From contig JACPLC010000005.1 of NCBI GenBank assembly GCA_016186695.1, positions 852 to 64,851 of the forward strand: a stretch of 64,000 bases of DNA, in the 5' to 3' direction. Under the pieces are notes generated by a model. It saw only the letters and a list, made by a program, of their open reading frames with translations. It was not told the origin of the DNA and searched no databases. Position numbers and translations under genes: made by a program. Below are positions 58,898-64,000 of this stretch, one piece after another. The stretch's first letter is position 1. Each line of letters starts with the position of its first letter. The DNA comes from Candidatus Kaiserbacteria bacterium. GTDB taxonomy: Bacteria > Patescibacteriota > Minisyncoccia > Phycocordibacterales > UBA2100.

Positions 58898-59343
58898 AAC
58901 TCCTAACGGAAAAATTCGTCCAAGACAACATCATCGAATACCTATTCCGTAAGGGGTGGAGCAGAAATCTGCGGAGTAGGAATACTGACGAGCACGGCGT
59001 AGATATAAAGGTACGGAACAACAATTTTGCACGCTACTGGCTCATCGAGTGCAAGGGCGACGCCTCCAAGACAGCAAAGTATCCCCGCTCTCATCGTGAA
59101 GTATGCTTCAATCTCGCACTTGGACAAATCATCACGCGGATGAAAAGCGACGGGAAACGCGGCTATAAGTACGGGTATAAATATGGTGTCGGTTTCCCCG
59201 CGAGCTTCGAGGATTTGGTCGTCCGGCGCTTGCCGTCCAATGTCGCCGACAAGCTCAATCTTTATGTTTTCCTTGTAGATGGTAAAGGCAAGGTCGCACT
59301 CTATGACTGGAAAATGTTAAGAGTATTGCAATCCTCAAAATGA
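58894..59343 (+). CDS. PD-(D/E)xK nuclease-like protein
   Basis: TEKFVQ...GVDI...IECKG...ALGQI. Confidence 0.75.
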   Translation: MKLLTEKFVQDNIIEYLFRKGWSRNLRSRNTDEHGVDIKVRNNNFARYWLIECKGDASKTAKYPRSHREVCFNLALGQIITRMKSDGKRGYKYGYKYGVGFPASFEDLVVRRLPSNVADKLNLYVFLVDGKGKVALYDWKMLRVLQSSK

Positions 59344-60989
59344 AAATAACTCGACTGCTCATCAAAAACTTCAAGTCCTTCAAGTCAGAAAGGATAGATT
59401 TTCGCGGTTTGATGGCGTTCATAGGAGAGAACAATGCAGGAAAGTCGAACGTGCTAAAGGCGCTCGATTTGTTCTTCAAGGACACAAAGAAACTCGACGA
59501 GGAGTATTTCAACAACAGCGCAGAGCACATCGTCATTCAAGTTTGGTTCAATAATTTAAACGATGACGCGAAGGAAACATTTAAGAAATATCTGCTCGAT
59601 GACAACGAAACAGTAGTACTTAGAAAAGAGTATTCGTTCCACGACGAAGATATGACGTTTTCGGGCGTCATACTTGGTGATAAGTTAGATGCGAAAGATA
59701 AAAAGGATGCTGTAGAAATTCTCGATAAAACCGAGATAGAACCTTTCACCTCCACGGAAAAGACCTACTACTGGAAATCCAAACCGTTTGGCTGGTCAGC
59801 CATCGCAACCGGATATCTACCCGATTTTCTCTATGTCCCAGCAGTCAAAGACGCAAAAGAGGAGGTAAAAGTTGCAGACAAGTCGAGGTTCGGACAAATC
59901 ATAAATGCAATGCTTGGCAGCGTCCTCCAGAACGTTGATTTAGTACGCATCAACGAAGAGTTTACGAAACTTCTGATGGGTGAAAATTCTAATCAGGATG
60001 GGCGCATCGCGCAACTCAAAGAGTTTGAGACGATGTTGAGTGAAAAACTTTCCGCACAGATGCGTGGTACGACAATCAAGCTAGACATCACTCCACCAAC
60101 ACTGAAAGATGTTTTCCAGTCGGGTACAAAGATACTGGTAGATGATGGTGTCTCCACAGCAGTGGAAAATAAGGGGCACGGGCTACAGAGGTCGGTAATA
60201 TTCGTGATTTTTCGAGCATACGCAGACCTTCTTAAAAAGGAACAAGGCGAGAAAGCAAAAGCGCTCATATTTGGTATAGAAGAACCCGAGCTTTATCTGC
60301 ACCCCCAGATGCAGAGGTCAATGTTCAGCATCCTGAAAGAGGTTGCGCAAACAGACCAAGTAGTATTCACGACACACTCAAGCTTCTTCGTGGATATGGC
60401 TAACTATCAGTCAATAGGTATAGTCGTCAAGAAAGATATCGAGACAGGCACGAAAATCATCCAGCACCAAGAGGATATATTTCCGCAGAGCGAAGAAAAA
60501 AAGCAGTTTCGACTACTCACAGAGTTTGACCCAGAAAGAAGTGAACTTTTCTTTGGGAAGAAAGTTGTGCTAGTCGAGGGAGATACAGAGAAGGTGGTGT
60601 TACCGATTATCGCAACCAAAATCAATCCAAAATATGTCTTCTACGACTACGGTATTACCGTCGTTGAGTGTGCGAGTAAGGAAATGATGCCCTTCTTCGT
60701 GAAAGTGCTCAACGCTTTTCGTATCCCATACACCGCTATCTATGACAGCGACAATGCCAACAGCGAGGAAAGTAAAAGGATAGAAGCAGAGGTTGCATCA
60801 TCTGGCGGTATGGGGCGAACTGAAATCATTGAACCTGACTTTGAGAAAATGTGTGCCGGTGATGGAGTAGCTATACCAACTGGCGGCAGTAAACCCTTTA
60901 AGGCGTTCAAGTGTTTCAAGGAGCTTGAAGCGGAAAAGATACCGAAACGGCTCAGAGAAATCATCGAAAAAATCTTTACCGAAGCATAA
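59340..60989 (+). CDS. OLD family ABC-ATPase/TOPRIM nuclease
   Basis: GENNAGKS, GHGLQRS, IEEPELYLHP, TTHS, VEGDTE, YDSD. Confidence 0.92.
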   Translation: MKITRLLIKNFKSFKSERIDFRGLMAFIGENNAGKSNVLKALDLFFKDTKKLDEEYFNNSAEHIVIQVWFNNLNDDAKETFKKYLLDDNETVVLRKEYSFHDEDMTFSGVILGDKLDAKDKKDAVEILDKTEIEPFTSTEKTYYWKSKPFGWSAIATGYLPDFLYVPAVKDAKEEVKVADKSRFGQIINAMLGSVLQNVDLVRINEEFTKLLMGENSNQDGRIAQLKEFETMLSEKLSAQMRGTTIKLDITPPTLKDVFQSGTKILVDDGVSTAVENKGHGLQRSVIFVIFRAYADLLKKEQGEKAKALIFGIEEPELYLHPQMQRSMFSILKEVAQTDQVVFTTHSSFFVDMANYQSIGIVVKKDIETGTKIIQHQEDIFPQSEEKKQFRLLTEFDPERSELFFGKKVVLVEGDTEKVVLPIIATKINPKYVFYDYGITVVECASKEMMPFFVKVLNAFRIPYTAIYDSDNANSEESKRIEAEVASSGGMGRTEIIEPDFEKMCAGDGVAIPTGGSKPFKAFKCFKELEAEKIPKRLREIIEKIFTEA

Positions 60990-61017
60990 CGTTCTTGAAT
61001 GTAATGTAAGTAGAGTT

Positions 61018-61188
61018 ATGGCACATAGAAGAAGTAAGAAAAGCGAGCCACTCTCGGAGGAGACGATACAAGCACTGATACAACTCGGCGCAGTTTTACG
61101 ACCTGTCGTCAACCGTCTCGTAACCGAGGGAAAGGCGAAAGTAGTGAATGGAAAAATGATTTTCCTCACCAAAAATGCTAACGATTGA
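61018..61188 (+). CDS. small hypothetical protein
   Basis: MAHRRSKK...ETIQALIQLGAVLR. Confidence 0.55.
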   Translation: MAHRRSKKSEPLSEETIQALIQLGAVLRPVVNRLVTEGKAKVVNGKMIFLTKNAND

Positions 61189-61357
61189 AGAAATCAGAGA
61201 CACCCTGCCGGATAGGGGCAAAGACCTGTCCGACGAGCAGCTCTTGAAGCTCCGCGATGATATGTACGGGCTTGCACAGATTTGTTTCGACGTATGGCTA
61301 GCCAAGAAAAATAAAAACGGAGTAAAATCGCAGGATGACGCATCGAACGACCGATGA
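61175..61357 (+). CDS. small hypothetical protein
   Basis: MLTIEEIR...LSDEQLLKLRDDMYGLAQICFDVW. Confidence 0.65.
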   Translation: MLTIEEIRDTLPDRGKDLSDEQLLKLRDDMYGLAQICFDVWLAKKNKNGVKSQDDASNDR

Positions 61358-61493
61358 CATACCGGAGGACGAGGAGACCCGCCGCCTGATGCGCGAGCAC
61401 GAGGTGGATGCTGACACTGCCGAGAAAGCGCAGGAGCTTATTGACGAAGGAATGGACGAGGACGAAGCGATTGAACTTGCCGGCGAACTTTGA
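61335..61493 (+). CDS. small highly acidic protein (52 aa, not in the ORF track)
   Basis: MTHRTTDDIPEDEETRRLMREHEVDADTAEKAQELIDEGMDEDEAIELAGEL. Confidence 0.6.
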   Translation: MTHRTTDDIPEDEETRRLMREHEVDADTAEKAQELIDEGMDEDEAIELAGEL

Positions 61494-61584
61494 TAGAGTA
61501 CACGCAATGCAACGGAGGAACTTTAGATAGCCGCCCGTAAACAGCCGCACGCCTTGCGGTTGTTTTGGGTGGCTTTTCTATTTT

Positions 61585-61655
61585 GCCTTCGTAGCTCAAC
61601 GGCAGAGCGCACCTCCGAAACGGGCGAGATGGTGGTTCAACTCCACCCGAAGGCA
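61585..61655 (+). tRNA. atypical/pseudo tRNA (GAA at anticodon position, Phe-like)
   Basis: GCCTTCG/CGAAGGC acceptor stem, normal D and T arms; mismatched anticodon stem and C33. Confidence 0.6.
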
Positions 61656-61658
61656 CAC

Positions 61659-61731
61659 GCCCTCGTAGCTCAATGGACAGAGCGAGACGCTTCTATCGTC
61701 AAGGTTGCAGGTTCAAGTCCTGCCGAGGGCA
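61659..61731 (+). tRNA. tRNA-Arg(TCT)
   Basis: GCCCTCG/CGAGGGC; anticodon arm (A)GACG-CTTCTAT-CGTC(A); GGTTCAAGTCC. Confidence 0.85.
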
Positions 61732-62628
61732 CTAGCTAATCGCAAACCTCTCCATCGTCTGAAAGACCCGCTCCGATTTCTCTTTCACCGAAGTTTCGTC
61801 GTCATACACGATGAGCATTTCCATCGAGCGGTGGCGGCTGAACTTCCGCACGTCCCGCACATCCATAGTTTTGAGTAGTTCGGTAATGTAGAAGTGCCGG
61901 AAGCCGTGCACTGTTTTCTCAATGCCAAGCTCTTTGCATAGCCCTCCAACCTCTCTTTTTATCGTCATCGTGCTCATCCGCTCGGTCTTCCGGTTGCCCA
62001 AGCTCCTGAACAACGCCCCATCGGTGAGTTTATGGATTTTCAGGTACTCCTTGAGCGCCTTGACCGTCGTCGGTGCGAGATAGATTGCTTCTTTATCATC
62101 CTCGCCCTTGCCCTGAACGTACGCGACCTTCCGGTGCAGTTTTACATCTTCCACGTCCAGCCGGACAATTTCAATCTGCCGTAGCCCTTGAAACGCCAAT
62201 AATGAAAACAGCGCCCGCAGGCGACTGTTTCTCGGCGTGTTTGGGAGATATTTGAGCTTCACGCCAAGCAAAAGTATTTCGTTATCAGTAAGCCCCTGCC
62301 GTCTATGTCTTTTCCTCTGTCTGAAAAACTTTACGCCTTGCACGACGCCAAGTGGTATCATCCCTCGCCGTTCCAACTCTTTGAGCAAGACCCTCGCCGT
62401 CGCAAGATATTTGTTTTTCGTGGACACGCTGTAGTCCGTGCGTTCGAGGTGTCGCTTGAACGACAGCAAGCTCTCCCGATTGAAGCCGTGCGAGTGAACG
62501 TATGAAAGAAAAAGACCTACCCGCGCGGAGTAGTCCTTTCTCGTGGTCTCGGAAACATCAAGACCGTCAAATATCCAGCCGGCGTTTGCCCTCGGCTTAC
62601 GTATGACGCTTGGTAGCTTCATTTTCAT
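61732..62628 (-). CDS. tyrosine recombinase/integrase
   Basis: GLRQIEI (R), GKG (K), HGFRH, SRHRS, IVYD (Y). Confidence 0.92.
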   Translation of the reverse strand: MKMKLPSVIRKPRANAGWIFDGLDVSETTRKDYSARVGLFLSYVHSHGFNRESLLSFKRHLERTDYSVSTKNKYLATARVLLKELERRGMIPLGVVQGVKFFRQRKRHRRQGLTDNEILLLGVKLKYLPNTPRNSRLRALFSLLAFQGLRQIEIVRLDVEDVKLHRKVAYVQGKGEDDKEAIYLAPTTVKALKEYLKIHKLTDGALFRSLGNRKTERMSTMTIKREVGGLCKELGIEKTVHGFRHFYITELLKTMDVRDVRKFSRHRSMEMLIVYDDETSVKEKSERVFQTMERFAIS

Positions 62629-63013
62629 ATTCGATGTGGACGACACGTAAGCCCTTCTCCTCAAGGGTGGGAGTAATGGTGGTATACCGGTGGCATTTCC
62701 GGTAATCGGCTTCGGCGCACATCACGCAGACCCGCGTCCCTTTCTTTGCCAGAGCGACAAGTTCTTCGATGGCATCGTCCCAGCCCACGTTTACCCCTCT
62801 ACCACCGAGGTTCTGTCCTCGGTAGAGGTATTGGATGTCCCGCTTGGCTAGCTCGCTACCAAGGGGCTTTTTGGAGAAATGCGGGGAAAACCGGCTCGCA
62901 GGTATTGACCGTACATCGGCTACAATCTCAATCCGGTGTTTTTTGAGAGTAGCGATAAAGGTTTCGAGGGACTTATTACTGTGCCCAATCGAGGCGATAG
63001 TTGCGTGCTTCAT
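62597..63013 (-). CDS. DUF488 family protein
   Basis: SIGHS, DVRSIP, LGG, MCAE...CHR. Confidence 0.9.
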   Translation of the reverse strand: MKHATIASIGHSNKSLETFIATLKKHRIEIVADVRSIPASRFSPHFSKKPLGSELAKRDIQYLYRGQNLGGRGVNVGWDDAIEELVALAKKGTRVCVMCAEADYRKCHRYTTITPTLEEKGLRVVHIEYENEATKRHT

Positions 63014-63085
63014 AGTGGTTGTAGGGTCAACCTAACAAGCACCACCTCGATTGCAAATAAGGCAGTGCACAAGTGCAGACGTTCG

Positions 63086-63583
63086 TCAGTACGCGATTGT
63101 CCGATGATTTGTTCCCATCACTCCGTCGAAGAATATGACGAACTCGTGGAAGCCCGTATTTCCATTCTTTGTGTACTTTGCGATAAAATGCTTGTCGTAT
63201 AACTCTTGCTCTGCTGTTGTCGCCTCATCTGCCAGTACTTTGTTTCTCAACGCGGCAGCCGACGCATTATCAAACACCGAGATAAAGGCGTTGCGGTCAT
63301 TTTGCGTATCGTTCTTTATTTTCTCGCCCAGCGCCACCATATCCATTTCGTTTAGATACTCAGGCGAGATGACAACCGCTTTACCTTCGCCACCGTTCGG
63401 AATAGTCCACCGGTCTACGGTTTGGTAAGAGATTTGTTTCGTCTGCTGTGTCTGCACCGGTGGCGGTGAAGACGACTGACTTGGTGTCTCATCGAGTGCC
63501 GCCACGATGATGCCGAACCCGAAAAAGACAGCCAACCCGATAACCCACCACTTCTTGTAAAAAGGTTTTTTCTCCTGCTCCAT
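63086..63583 (-). CDS. membrane-anchored hypothetical protein
   Basis: KKPFYKKWW + TM + Pro/Ser linker + globular domain. Confidence 0.75.
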   Translation of the reverse strand: MEQEKKPFYKKWWVIGLAVFFGFGIIVAALDETPSQSSSPPPVQTQQTKQISYQTVDRWTIPNGGEGKAVVISPEYLNEMDMVALGEKIKNDTQNDRNAFISVFDNASAAALRNKVLADEATTAEQELYDKHFIAKYTKNGNTGFHEFVIFFDGVMGTNHRTIAY

Positions 63584-64000
63584 AGCTTTGATTGCTTCTG
63601 CTAATCAATCACTCCGACAAAGTGATTGTCGGTAGCAGGATTTTTGTATACACAAAGCCCGCTACCAGAAAAGCGCCTTGCGGCAACTTCTACCAGCGTT
63701 TCCACTGGTAACGCGACGAACGCTCTGATAACGGGTTTTCTATGTTCGTCGCGCTTTCCGAGACCATATCTCGTAGCAACTACCACAAGGGTTAGGTCTC
63801 CAACTTATTAGGTTGTAATCAAAGGGTATCAAAAACAGCCCTATATTCAATGACTTTGTGGACGTTCCGTACCGTGTTGTAGCGTAAGGGTAAACGGGGC
63901 GTACACTTGCCGTCGAGAGGTCAATCTGTAATCGCGTCAGTGTAAGTATCCTTATCGTCCGGCGCATTCGCTTTTATGATGTTTTTCAAGCCAATGTTAT

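Noticed and set aside
59340-60989. Calling the OLD gene Gabija, PARIS or retron-associated
   Set aside because: No UvrD helicase, separate AriB-like gene or reverse transcriptase nearby
40665-64000. Prophage or conjugative element call
   Set aside because: No capsid, terminase, tail, VirB4 or coupling-protein genes visible in the window

Overview
Bacterial chromosome segment whose gene content and style point to Patescibacteria/CPR (Parcubacteria-like; inferred from minimal housekeeping content, a short ATP synthase delta and small orphan proteins). Positions 1-40.6 kb are core genome: atpBEFHA, ahcY/adenosine kinase/gloA, mraZ-rsmH-ftsL-ftsI-murF, guaA, prs, greA, proS-mreB-mreC-PBP2, rseP, frr, holB, a second mreB, def-fmt, hpf and eight tRNAs. 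This core carries many short palindromic elements, several inserted in frame inside conserved protein motifs. It also has two copies of a 143-bp inverted-repeat element that fills operon junctions. From tRNA-Asn (40.6 kb) to the end is an accessory island that appears to be tandemly integrated elements. Element 1 has a serine recombinase, a rolling-circle-type Rep, an m4C MTase-GHKL ATPase-SAM MTase operon and an ImmR/ImmA-like switch. Element 2 has a serine recombinase and a coupled HTH-small ORF-Mod-Res-PD(D/E)xK-OLD operon, with Mod frameshifted in a C8 tract. Two atypical tRNAs, a tyrosine recombinase and DUF488 follow. All calls come from reading motifs by eye; no database searches were run.
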